A model generated the notes under the pieces. The model ran no database searches, was not told where the DNA came from, and saw only the letters and a list, made by a program, of their open reading frames with translations. A stretch of DNA of 64,000 bases from Octopus sinensis (lineage: Eukaryota), in the NCBI RefSeq assembly GCF_006345805.1, contig NC_043013.1:32178001-32242000 (forward strand), given 5' to 3'. Position 1 is the first letter of the stretch, and the number at the start of each line of letters is the position of its first letter. Shown in pieces: positions 25,602-38,450 of this stretch. A program made the position numbers and the translations under genes.

Positions 25602-27429
25602 TTTTCCCTCAATGGGAAAAAAATAAAACAACAACAATTAACAATATCAAAAATCAAACAGCAATAAACGAACAATTATTTAACGCTCTTACTCACAAAA
25701 AACACTCCGTCGTCACCGACTCCAAAAATAACGTTGTCAGCTACTCTCCGACTCTGCTACTGCTGACCTCCTACAATGACTGACTGACTGACTTTATAAC
25801 GGACCGCCCATACCATTTTGTCACGCGTGAAGGGGAGTACTATTTTCACTACAAGTTCTAGAAACTGGATAATATTGAAGAAAGAACAAGATGTTAATTG
25901 ATTTTAAATGAAAGCCTTACAATGAAGGACATCCATTTTCAAAAACGATACAAACTTGTAACATCAAAAAAAATAAAGTAGTCTAGATGTATTTGTATGT
26001 ACATTTACTTGCATAAGCGTATATACAACTCTGTCTATAGATGGTGAGCAAGCGGAACCAAGAGCTAAATTACATTCTTCGCGTTTTGTGCTATTTTGAG
26101 AAAGTGACTTTTCTTTCTCTTATTCTTGTTATCCTAGCTGTCAGAAATACATAGCAGATAAATCTATTTCTAACTCAGGAACCAATCGCATTGTCATGGT
26201 GCTATGTCTTTTAACTTCATCGGGAATATAGTCTGCCTCAAACTTTAAATGTGCAGAATCTTAATTCATTATACTCCATCATGTAGAAAACCTTCAACAG
26301 ATCACTGGAGATTCTTTTTATTTATAGAGAAGTGTTTAATAGTTTCTCGATATATTGAAACCATCCTCTGAAATTTTCATTGCGTTATACACAGGGAAAT
26401 AATCATATTTCATGCGGAACTTTGATATCATTTTCATTTGTAACTTGGCACCAGCTTAGTTTCCGGAAATAAACCTGTAATTAGTTTCATGTACCCACGA
26501 TTTCGTTGTGAATTATTGTCAACTTATTCATTCAAGACATTAGCTTCCTTTTGGCTTCTACTAAGCATCTTCTAAGCTGATTTTATAGTATCCAATCGAG
26601 TATTTAATTTTATATCTACTTTTAGCACAGCAGAAGCTCTGACGTGCTGTATATGTAATTTACTTTAGCCAAGTACATTACAAATATCTATTATATGGAG
26701 TAATATTTAGACAAAAAATAAAATGAAGAAAAATATAGGGTTACTGGATTAGCTACTAAACTGCATTTTGTTCAGTAACCTTCTAATATTCAGTCGATAT
26801 ATAGTCTCTTAGCTCTCAGTAACAATAAAAACAGTAATAATCGATTCACTGGTTGTGAAGTGTGTTATGCTTATGAAGGATAGATCTGTGATAACACGGA
26901 TCGGCAGTCAGTCAAAGATTCTCCTTGCACCGCAAAAGCACGCCCCGACGACTACCCACAATACGCAGAATGCACTATCATTTGTGCTTCCATTACTATG
27001 ATGCGAGGTTGCGTACTTTTCATACGGATTTACTGACTCGGACATATCAACACATTGCGTGTGGAGGGCATGCGCCGTTGCAGCACGTTGCTGCATTCAC
27101 CATTTGTCTGTACATTTCCCGGGTCCCACCGATGCGCCTAGCAGAGTTTCAATGAATCCCTGTCTCCGTAAGATACCTCCTCATCTACTGTAACCATGTG
27201 GTATGTGGTCAACCAACACGAGCCTTCAACCCAGCCGGATCCTAGATGAAGAGAACACGTTAAGCAACGCCTAACTCGGAAATGGAAAAAATAGGGATCG
27301 GGGGTGGGGCGACGCATACCTTGTACGCTCACAAGGATAAAATAAAATTTAATTTAATAAATATATTCTCAGACGAAATCATATTTCAACAAAATTACAT
27401 CAAGAGTTATCTTCCCTCTTTATCGTTTA

Positions 27430-27643
27430 TGCATATGTAACAAAGAACAAAAAACATTTTGATTCACCCGACCGCCACTTTTGAAGATATCCAAACCAAA
27501 ATAATGGGTCTGAGCCACTCACCCAATGAGTATTTCTGCTAATGTTGGTGAAAACCTGTTCAGTTGCTTTCCAGTAATTTTGAAAACACACAGACAAACA
27601 GACAAACAATACCCTGCTTTTGCATACTCGCACAGGGTAAAAA
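27430..27643 (-). mobile_element. DINE-1/HINE-like Helentron-derived element
   Basis: The - strand starts tttttaccctg...cagggtat (hairpin with sub-terminal IR), then (gtttgtct)n and ctgaacaggttttcaccaa. Confidence 0.6.
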
Positions 27644-27662
27644 TACGTTGGCGCCTAATCTT

Positions 27663-27794
27663 AACAAACAATGCAGACAAGTGTATTCTCTACAGGAAAA
27701 GGTAGAGATGAACAAGAAAATACGTGATGATAGAAGCTTCGCTGTTGTGGGCAGAGAGTTTGGGGTTAATGAATGTACCATACGTTCCATTTAA
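27663..27794 (+). mobile_element. Tigger/pogo transposase N-terminal HTH fragment
   Basis: RQVYSLQEKVEMNKKIRDDRSFAVVGREFGVNECTIRSI* resembles the CENP-B/psq-type HTH. Confidence 0.6.
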
Positions 27795-27965
27795 AACTTA
27801 TGTAGAAGTGTTCATTTATCACTTGTTCATTTATCCATGTTTCTCGTAACCAACCCCTAGAGATAAACGAGATAGATGTATTAGTACAGTCATATAATTT
27901 TCGAAGATAGATAATCAACATCAGTCACACAATAGAACGTCTTTTTCAACATTAGAAGGATAAAG

Positions 27966-28190
27966 AAGGCGGCGAGCTGGAAACCTTGTTAGCACGCCGG
28001 GGAAAGCGCTTAGCGACGTTTCTCCTGCATTGACATTCTGGGTTCAAATTCCGCCGAGGTTAACTATACCTTCAATTTTTTTTTTTTGACTCAATAAAAT
28101 AAGTACCAGTTTAGTACTTGGGTCGATGTAACTGACTTAACCACTTCCTCGAGTTTTCTGGACTTTTGTTAAAATTTGAAGCCAATATTA
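27966..28190 (+). mobile_element. SINE family A, full length
   Basis: ggcggcgagctgg...gggttcaaattccgccgagg...aaaatttgaagcc. Confidence 0.85.
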
Positions 28191-28809
28191 GAAGTATCAA
28201 TCTTTGCTGCCATTTCAACAGAGAATGGAAAGTTAATTAATTAAATATACCTCAAGATGTTTTGGTCATTGTTGTACTAGCTGTGCCTCGAAACGCTACA
28301 TCTATAATTCCTTTAACAATAGCAACAACAATAATCTCAATTCCTAAACTTTGTCATGTTTTTAGAAGATGTTAACCGATTTAATAGATACTACTAGATC
28401 ACAGAAACTAATTTTCTCAGTCCCGGGAGAATGAGTAGTGCGCAAAATTGTGTTTGGCAGTGTTAGAACTCATAAATAAAGAGACACAACTAAAGACAAC
28501 AATTTAGTTAATCTATCATTTTAAGTTTGTGTCACGTAACACACTATCCTAAGTAATAATAATAACAGTAAACTTAGTTTATGACAAGTCTACTATTTCT
28601 TCTGGATTCTTTTACAAGGAAGACTGGTATGAATGGACAAGACTAGATTTATTGTAGGCTATATATAAAATATTTCATATTTCCACAAAAGATACTCACA
28701 CACTCACACACACACATGTTCGCGCGCATACACAGACATAGAAATACAAGCAGGAAAACATATTTTTATTCCCACACGTAATTCATATAATTCATATAAT
28801 CACACAGTC

Positions 28810-28812
<3 letters not shown>

Positions 28813-28888
<76 letters not shown>

Positions 28889-28916
28889 CATGCATGTGTG
28901 TTTAGTGTGTGTGAGT

Positions 28917-28962
<46 letters not shown>
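28813..28962. repeat. (TA)n/(TG)n microsatellite
   Basis: Direct reading. Confidence 0.95.
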
Positions 28963-28964
<2 letters not shown>

Positions 28965-29249
28965 TTGCACATGGAAACATATACACGGAAACTAAAGAAA
29001 AAACGATTCAAATCTATTAAAATAAATGACAAAATATATAGATATAAGATCAACAGTATCCTTTGAAGTTTCATGACATTGTTTCCTGATCTCTAAGTGA
29101 CTTCAAAGCATCTTTTCTGACAAGGTATTGGCTCAACAGAAACTGGTCTGATAAGTTGGTGTTGCCCAAGGATTTATAGCTGAAATGGCGAAACCGGGTC
29201 GAAACCTCATGAAGGAATCAACATCGTAAATGGAACACTCGGGGTATGA

Positions 29250-29334
29250 AATAACAACAACAAAAGCAAAAACAAACTACAGCAACAACGACAACGACAA
29301 TAATAATAATAACAATGATAATAACAATAATAAA

Positions 29335-29375
<41 letters not shown>

Positions 29376-29449
29376 TAATAATAATAATATTTCAAGCGGA
29401 CAACAATAATAGCAATAAGAAGAAGAAGAATTCAAACAGACAACAACAA

Positions 29450-29480
<31 letters not shown>

Positions 29481-29517
29481 AAGAAGAAGAATTCAAACAG
29501 GCAACAACAATAATAAC

Positions 29518-29550
<33 letters not shown>
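29250..29550. repeat. (AAC/AAT/GAA)n compound microsatellite
   Basis: Direct reading. Confidence 0.95.
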
Positions 29551-29551
<1 letters not shown>

Positions 29552-29579
29552 GTTCAAACGGACGAGAAATTAACAAATA

Positions 29580-29998
29580 AAAGAGCAGACATAACGATTA
29601 TCGATAAGGAAAATCGAAGTTGCTTACTTATCGACCGATCATGCCCGTTTGACTCCAGGATCCTAAAGGAAGAGGAAGAAAAACAAAAACATACAATCCC
29701 TTAGAATTTGTAAAGGGAAGAATTTGGAGCCTGCGAACAATAGCGGTCGTCCCTATAATAACTAGTGCTTTGGGAACAGTAGGCCAAGATATAGACAAAT
29801 AACTGAAGCAAAATGAAATAGAACAACCAGTAGAGCTCCTACAGAAAGATTGTCTCTTAGGGACAGCAAGGGTTATCGGGAGGGTTCGAAGCACTTAAAA
29901 GACTGCTGAAAACTTGTTGATACCTAAGGTTACAGGTAGTAACTCGCTATCCACATAATTTCCAGCAGGAATAAGACCAAACCTGAGCCAAGCTAAAA
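29580..29998 (+). mobile_element. 3' end (RLE domain) of a second R4/Dong-like element, decayed
   Basis: RADITIIDKENRSCLLIDRSCPFD...RIWSLRTIAVVPIITSALGTV...ELLQKDCLLGTARVI. Confidence 0.75.
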
Positions 29999-31362
29999 TA
30001 ATAATTAACAATCTGGTGTGTTTATTTTAATTACCTGTCAGTGTATACAATGAGTTTCTTTACCCGAGGTATTGGGAAGACACTCGGTAAGAAATAGAAA
30101 CAAAATTGAAAGAAGAAAAGCACAATAATAATAACAATTACTTTGGTTACTTTGATTGATCACACGTGATCTCACATAAAACGGATGCTAAATATATATA
30201 TAGGTATTACCATATATGTCAGATAGACAAAACAGTTATGTAAAGACAAGGGCGATTGGTAAATATGTTATACAATGATTTTTTTTTTAAGATTTAAAGA
30301 AGACACGGAATAGATATTGAGTGAATTTTTTTAAATGTCCAAACTTCTCCGGTTCAGCTGTTTTCCTGCGTGACTGTTGATCCCGTAAGGTTTCCCCGGG
30401 GATGGCGCTCCTCACTCGATTTGGTGTTCTGTCCACATTCACTTTGAAGACCTACCAGGGTTGTCTTTAAGGACACGGATAAAAATCACCTACCATGATG
30501 CCCACCTCTGAATATATTTTCAAGCAAGGAGATGAAGTTTTTACAATTTTATTTTTCATAGCTCTATTTGGTCTCTACTTAAAATCAAAACTTCGCTGCT
30601 GTCGGTACATTTTCTCTCCTGAAGTACATTTCTCAGTGGTGACATCTGCTTTTATATATAAGTAACATTGTTATCGTTGTCGTTACTGCTGTTGTCACGA
30701 AGAAACTTTTCCAAACCACTACAACTGGTAATGTAGACAAAATTAAAATTGTTGCCTTTTTCTTTATTTTCCCCGTTTGATAACAATTGTGTTCACTTGC
30801 GTGTAAGCTTGTTAGTTTTGTCTCATGTCTTACAAACTTATTTTTTTGGATATTAAATTTTCATGGCTTATGCTTTCGAACGTGTCTTTTGGTTACATTA
30901 TCATCATTTTTTCCTTTGCCTTTCTTTATTTCGTTCATGTTTTGAATTTGTTTGTGTGTATTTGCAGTATGCTTTCATGTGTGTTTTGAAAGAGCATTCT
31001 CGTGCATTACTCTTGTTTTTTTCTTATTAATTCTATTGCAACTCCTCTTGAGATAAAGACATGAGGAATATTGAAAATGTGAAATTAAAATAAAATGTCG
31101 CCTGCAAGACAAGACTTCCATCTCTCCCAAGTATTTGTAGAGACGGTCCCGACGTTTCGAAATTATCCGTAACAAAACAACCATTTGTTCAACGAGTAAA
31201 AGCTTCGTAGTAAACTAACTGCTTTTGTATTGTCTCATATGCAAGTGTGATTGTAACAACTACAATGAGGATGATGAGGATGATGATAATAATGATAATG
31301 ATGATGATGATGATGAGGTGGAGGAGGGGTGGAAGAAGAGAAGGAGGATAATAATTCTTTCT

Positions 31363-31547
31363 ACTACAGGTTCAAGGCCTGAAATTTGGGGAGGGAACTA
31401 GTCGATTGCATCGACTCCAGCTTTTCACTGACACTTAATGTATTGACCCTGGAAAGGATGAAAGGCAAAGTCGACCTTGGCGGAATTTGAACTCAGAACG
31501 TAGCGGCGAGTGAAATGCCGCTAAGCATGTCGTCCAGCGTGCTAACG

Positions 31548-31548
<1 letters not shown>
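31363..31548 (-). mobile_element. SINE family A
   Basis: Reverse-complement match to head, core and tail. Confidence 0.85.
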
Positions 31549-31586
<38 letters not shown>

Positions 31587-31787
31587 TGCCCTGATGCATT
31601 ACCAATGCCTTCATGCAGTACCAATGCCCTGATTCAGTACCAATGCCCTGATGCAGTAACAATGTCCTGATGCGGTACCAATGCCCTGAAACAGTACTAA
31701 TGCCCTGATGCAGTACCAATGCCCTGATGCAATACCAATGTCCTGATGCATTACTAATGCCCTGATGTAGTACCAATGCCCTGATGG
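31587..31787 (+). repeat. 19-bp minisatellite (tgccctgatgcagtaccaa) x ~10.5
   Basis: Direct reading; no spacers. Confidence 0.93.
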
Positions 31788-33135
31788 CTCTCATGGCTTC
31801 TGATCTTAACCGACTGGAAGTATTATCACGTACATTGTTTTACTTAGTATAAAAGATGGCTACAGCAAATATTCTGCTCAATACCACAGATTTGCTTGTC
31901 AGTCGCTTGACTTTAACCAGTTGGGCATATCCCTTAGTGGCTGATGATATGAGCATCTCTGATCACAAGCAGAAGTAGTGGTGGATCATCATAGTTATGT
32001 GTTGATAGGGATTCTTTGAGGTTTGAACAATTCACCTTTCGAAAGATTGTTGTTTTGTTCATCATCCTTAAACAAACCTTATTCACGTACCTTTTGAGTC
32101 GGATGGGTTACTCGACCTGAAGAAAATTCTAAGTGGATCCCACCTGCAAGGTCATACGCTGTTTATCTTGATATTAGATCACCATGCAGTTCACATATGA
32201 TTGTGATGCATGGGCCTGGTTAGTCATGATGGTTATATTGGATTTCATATGTTTGTACTCCAGTGTCACTTTGATGGAATGCGCTGTTCTTTCACTCAAG
32301 AAGAAGAAGAAGAAGAAGAAGAAGAAGAAAAAAAAAAGAAGAATTATATAGTTCTGTTATTTCTAATTTTTTTAAGCTGTGAGCATTAAAAAAATCTAAT
32401 TAGCAGCACACACGTGCTGAGGAAAAGACAATATTAGGTTAATGACTAATATAATTACCATCGGTTTTGGCAAACACGAGAGAGAACAGTTTTTATTTTC
32501 AGTCATTTTAAGCCTGCTCAACGAAACAGACTTTACTGCAATTACTAAAATAGTTAAAAGTGAATTACTAAATAAATGTACACAATGATGTGAAAAAATT
32601 CAAAAAGACTTATTCAAAAAGATTTATTCAAAAACAAAAAGAAGCTTTATTTAGGTTAATTAGTTGGTTAATTAATCCAAATCGATGGCGGTGGCGACAT
32701 CCATTTTGGAAAAAAAATGAGCCATTAGTTAAGTAATGCTATTTACATTTGTAATGTTCTTCATTAAATAGGTTAAAAGTAAAGTGACTATTATATTCAG
32801 TCGCGAGCAGCCTCTCCGACTAATTAACTTAATGAAGTTTTTGTTTAAATGTCTCGCAGCTTTTGCTGGAGTTCTGTTAAAATACTGAATTTCAAATAGT
32901 GACGTGCGTTTTAGAAGTACGCTTTTTGCAAGCATGGGATACAGGTTTCAATCACAGTGCACGGCACTTCTGTCAAATGTTTCCTACGATATCTTATGGA
33001 ATGACCAGTCGTTGTGAGTGGAATTTGGTCGGCAGAAATTGTGCAGAGGCTTGTCGTACACACATAAACATGCGCATGCGCACACACACATATTTATACA
33101 TTTTCAAAATGTAACCACACGTGAATCGTTGGCGA

Positions 33136-33250
33136 TTTTCTGAAGAAGGGCTATGCTCGAAATGTTAAGCAATCTTTCTTTCCTTCCCTGAGCGTCTGCT
33201 AATACTTTACATGTACCACGTCCTCGCGTTATTGTTTTTATTTTTTTTGT
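33136..33250 (+). mobile_element. Penelope-like repeat family P2 with degenerate HHR
   Basis: CUGAAGA A GGGC-UAU-GCUC GAAA UG UU, followed by cttccctgagcgtctgctaatactttacatgtaccacgtcctcg shared with 56195-56330. Confidence 0.65.
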
Positions 33251-33377
33251 GTTTGTTCTTTGTTTGGGGGGATTTATATATGTGTGTGTGTGTGTGTGTG
33301 TGTGCAAGGATGTCGATGCAAACCGGAAAAACTGAACTCTAAATATGAATAAATGTGTATTTTTATAAATATTTAGC

Positions 33378-34790
33378 AGTAGCAACTGAGTGACTCAAGG
33401 TCCAAGAGTTTCGTGCGTTGACACTTACTAAAATGGTTACAGGTCGAAGACCTGTGAGTTTATACAGCTTGTATTAAATATATTTCCCTCTCGATTGTTC
33501 TAGATCAAATTATAAAATCATAAAAATGTAACGAGGATAATGTAAATAGTTTTCCTGTTATGTCGTTAAATAAGCAAAAACATAAATAAATAGATAAATA
33601 AGTAGAGAAATAAAGAGAGAATAAAAGAAAGACACCTTGTTCGTGTCATCACACACGCGTTCGCACCCTCACACTCATACCAAACGCACGCTACAAATTT
33701 CGGACTTACACATACACCAGACAGTGTATATATATATATATGTATATACGCGGATACATGCATACATGCACATGCACGCACGCATACACATACATGCATA
33801 CATACACACACACACACACACAGATATATATATATATATATACACACACACATATGCGTTTAGGTATGTAAATGTGTGCGTGAGTACATATACGTATATA
33901 TGTATATTATATGTATATATATATAGGTGTGTATATGTGCGTATATACTTGTAACAAAGTATAAGAGAAAGAAAAAGAAATCAAGGACTTTTTTTGTTTT
34001 ATATTGGCTCTTTATCTCAGATTTATTTATATTTTATTCTGTACTTCTTTACTTTCGTCTATTTACCGTGTGTATGTGCGCGCACACACACACACACACA
34101 CACATACACACACATATATATATATATATGCGTAGGAGCATATATATTTATGTATGTATGTATACATACATGTGTACATGTACGTGTGTATATGTACATA
34201 TATGTATATGTACGTATGTGTTTATGTGTGTGTATGTATGAGTAAGTGTGTATATATATGTGTGTGCCTGTGTATGTACGTGCGTGAATGCGTGTACTAT
34301 ATATATATATATATATAATATATATATATGTATGTAGGTAGGTAGGAATCCGTGTATGTATGTATGTACATGTGTGTATGTGTGTGTGTGTGCATGTGCT
34401 TGTATGCATGTATCCGCGTGTATATACATACACGTATATACACCTAATTCAAATACACTCTCACATATATATGTGGGGGTGGGGTATGTTTGTGTGGGGG
34501 TCTGTTTGTGTGTGTGTATGTGTGTGTGATGACACGCACAAGGTATCTTTCTTTTTTGCTCGCTTTGTCTTTAGGTATTTATTTATTTATCAATGTATTT
34601 GCTTATTCACGGGCAAACTATTTGCATTATCCACGTGACATTCTTGTGATTTTAAAATTTGATCTAGAACAATCGAGCCGGGAATATAATTATCACCAGC
34701 TGTATAAACTCTCAGGTCTTCGACCTATAACTATTTCGGTAACTGTCAATGCACGAAACTCTCGGACCTTGAGTAACTGTTACATCTACT
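33378..34790. repeat. Foldback structure: ~275-bp inverted arms around a microsatellite mosaic
   Basis: 33378-33655 is the reverse complement of 34523-34790 at roughly 80-85% identity by eye. Confidence 0.85.
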
Positions 34791-35251
34791 ATATATATAT
34801 ATATATATAAGTTAAACCGGGGACCTTGAATCACATAAAACTATAATACCATCACATCAATAATATCTGTCTGCGTGCGTTGTGGTCGATGTTTTGCCGA
34901 TGGACCTTGGCAAAGAATACGAATATCGATTTGAAAACCGAAAAGAAGTTGTTACGAACAGGAAATCTCTTGTGATACATATTCTGATATTTTGTGTCAT
35001 TCTAGCCTTCATAAAACAATGGACAAATTAATGTTCCTTTGGGAAGGTGGAACAAACGACGCTATTTGTCACAAATCTGATATAAATATAAAAACATAAT
35101 ATATTCTCCCTTGACCAAATTGTGAAGTCAATTTTCTGTGTTCGAATTAATTAATTAACAGTAGAATACTGTTCAGTGATGAAAAAACTCGGTTGGCATC
35201 CTCAGTAATAACCTCATTGGTATTTTTTCATTGTAGAATCATTGATATTCA

Positions 35252-35468
35252 CAAGGCGGCGATCTGACAGAATCGTTAGAACACTGGACAAAGTGTTTAT
35301 CGATATTTCGTCCGTCTTTACGTTCTGAGTTCAAATTCCGCTGTGGTCGACTTTGCCTTTCATCATTTCGGGGTCGATAAAACAAGTACCAGTTGAGCAC
35401 TAGGGCCAATATCATCGACATTCCCCCCACTCCGAAATTGCTGGCTTTGTGCTAAAATTTGAAACCAG
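35252..35468 (+). mobile_element. SINE family A, full length
   Basis: Head, core and tail match. Confidence 0.85.
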
Positions 35469-36390
35469 TATCATTGATGTTAATATAGAATTGAATTTTA
35501 CCCCATTCAAATATCATCAAAATTAAGATTTCACTCCTATATTTGGGATATTATCAGTGCCAGCAGTATCAAAGATAGAAAGCTGGTACTAAAATGCTTA
35601 GCGGCATTTCGTCCGACTTTATGTTCTGTATTCAAATTTCGCCGAGGTCCATTTGAATTAAGGAACTGCTTTCTCAACATCTATGTCGAGAAATATACTT
35701 TTCTTGTGAAATTTATGGACATCTTTGTTGTTAGTATCATGAGAGATATGAAACCAAACTAACAACTTATAGTGCCAGTATATTACTTATATTGATGATA
35801 TGAAATGCACTGGCAATAAAAATTGAACTCTATGAAATGACATATGAAAGAGAAGAGGTAGGAGGCATTTAGTCTTTCGCTCAACAACCTCTATATCCGT
35901 TACCGTGCGCAAATGAAGAAATGTTGAGCTCATTTCGCCAGCTCAGAACGTTATTTCGAAAGTACATTTACTTAGTCGTTCGAAATAGTTGCTAAAATTT
36001 CTTTAGATATATATCCTATTGCTTTAAAAAAAGAGAGGGTACTTCGGATACATCGTTTACATTTTTTTTCTGACAAATAGAAAGTAGGATGATTATCTCG
36101 GCTGGAACATTTGTAATCATAGGCATGTTCTGTCAATGTTAAGGCTTGCTTAACAACGAAAGTCTTCGTTTAGAAGAGAATAAAATGTTATATATTCCCT
36201 GTCTTTCTCTTGCAGTCAGCAACTTATCTCAAACATTACAGTACCTCCGACTATCTGTTAACGTTCTGCTTACAAACGAAGACAAGTTTTTAGGAGACGA
36301 GTTCAAATGATTGATTCGAAACAATATGTATTTTTGATAGTATCAGGGTAGAAAGTACAACTCTGATATTTGCAGGGTTGTACTTTCCTT

Positions 36391-37201
36391 GGATCTTTTC
36401 GGTTTGAACGGCAGTTTTTAACATAATTTCTGGGTAACTAAAAAATTTTAAACTTCGTATACTGGTAGAATGTGTTTATAAAACATCTTTTTCTCTTGGA
36501 TTTATTGAGAAAATTCTATAGTTTGTAAGATACTTGTTGTTGTCTAGAATGTATGTAGGTGGAGTGCGTGGGTGTCTGCAACAGCATTACCGTTCGAAAT
36601 GGGCTCTAGTTTGTGTCTTAGCAAGTGAATCACAGCTTTTATAGTGTTATATAACCAACATAGTGTTTAAAGGCCAAATCCACTCCGTTGAGGGTTACCA
36701 GACACGAAAAAGATACTAATGTGTCGAGTGAATGAGTTAACTCTATCGGAGTACAATACGTAATATACCTTTCCTTTGGTTTACGATATTTTCGGTTTGA
36801 ACGGCAGTTTTTATCATAATTTCTAGGTAAGTAAAAAATTTTAAACTTCATATACTGGTAGAATGTGTTTATAAAACATCTTTTTCTCTTGGCTTTATTG
36901 AGAAAATTCTATAGTTTGTAAGATATTTGTTGTTGTTTTTTCTTCAATTTCTGCAGTTTCAACCAATCACTGACGTCTATTGAGGTAAAAAAACATTCTG
37001 TGCCGTATGAATATGTCCCTCGTTTAAGAAACAGATTGGGTTTATTTACATTTGTGAGGAAAAAAGATACCCTTCCCCCACCCCTAACCCTAACCCTAAA
37101 ACAGATTGAAATGCAATAGATCGATACTAGGGTCATAATTATGGGTGACAATTTCATATGATACCGCTATAAAAAAACTGCCGTTCAAACCGAAAAGATC
37201 C
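36391..37201 (-). mobile_element. Composite TIR element (partial MITE + 250-bp insert + full MITE) with 8-bp TSD
   Basis: GGATCTTTTCGGTTTGAACGG...CCGTTCAAACCGAAAAGATCC termini; CTTTCCTT at both 36383-36390 and 37202-37209. Confidence 0.85.
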
Positions 37202-38078
37202 CTTTCCTTCATTATTGGTCACTAATCTTGCTTGCAAAAAGAAAAAAATAATAATGAATACGTGTTTAAGAAGTACCATATTTACCAATATACAAGTTTT
37301 GTCTCTTTTAAGAAACTACGGTTAGTGTCGACGAAATATAGGAAAAATTCAATCGATAAACAAAATCTGGCCATCCTCCATATCTGCAACTGAGCGTTAT
37401 TTAAATAATCGATCCGTGATTAATAAACGCCATGGCCTTATGACATCAAGATATAATTTAGTTATGAAATTACCGAAAATGCTCGATGGTGAATAGAAAT
37501 TTTCCTGTTTGTAAAGATACACAATTTTGATGAAAATATATATATTAAAAAAAAACGAGGACTAATATTTGGCGGATAATTGCTGTCAACATGAACAGAA
37601 ATATGTCTGTTATGACTTATAGGAGAATATATATGATTATGTACCGTTACATGAATATTTATGTTAAATTATATTCTTTACGATAATCATAATGTCAGTA
37701 TTAATTTAATATATTTTCCATATGTCACTTGTGACCTATAAGGAATGCAGACAATGCTTAAATTTCATATGTCAAGAGAATAGCATAGAAAAATTAGGTT
37801 CTCAAAAAATTCCCTGTTAACGAAAACGGAAAAAATCACCATCATTATTTTGCAAATAATACTTCACAAATATACTTCACAAATTGCTTGAAGAAAATGT
37901 TGTGTTACGTTAATTTATTGTTTTGCTTTGTTCTGTGTATATATAAACATACATACATATATGTGTATGTGAGAGAGAAAGAGAGATATCGGGAGACAGA
38001 TCAGGGAAACAACTGTTAATGTGTGTATGTGTGTGAGCAGGGGGTTAATTATTAGTGTGCGTGTGTGTGTGTGGGGAG

Positions 38079-38110
<32 letters not shown>

Positions 38111-38232
38111 AAGTGATGTAACTGAAATAATATGAAATGTTAACAAAATGTTATCTCGGTACACTTTAATAATACCTCTCGATTTACCGTCACATTTAAC
38201 ACACATTATGCTCCGTTTTACTTTTTTGATGC

Positions 38233-38450
38233 ACCAATCACTGACGTCTATTGAGGTAAAAAAAACATTCTGTGCCGTATGAATATGTTCCTCGTTTAAG
38301 AAACAGATTGGGTTTATTTACATTTGTGAAGAAAAAAAGATACCCTTCCCCTACCCCTAAATCTAACCCTAAAACAGATTGAACTGCAATAGATCGATAC
38401 TAGGGTCATAATTATGGGTGACAATTTCATATGATACCGCTAGAAAAAAA
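38233..38450 (-). mobile_element. Truncated copy of the TTAGGG-containing MITE
   Basis: Matches 36960-37175. Confidence 0.82.

Noticed and set aside
23641-25853. Canonical LTR retrotransposon (TG...CA ends)
   Set aside because: The ends share only an 18-bp repeat; no TSD, PBS or pol.
27966-28050. tRNA genes
   Set aside because: A/B-box-like motifs belong to SINE heads and do not form complete cloverleaves.
31587-31787. 19-bp repeat array as a CRISPR
   Set aside because: No unique spacers, no cas genes, eukaryotic context.
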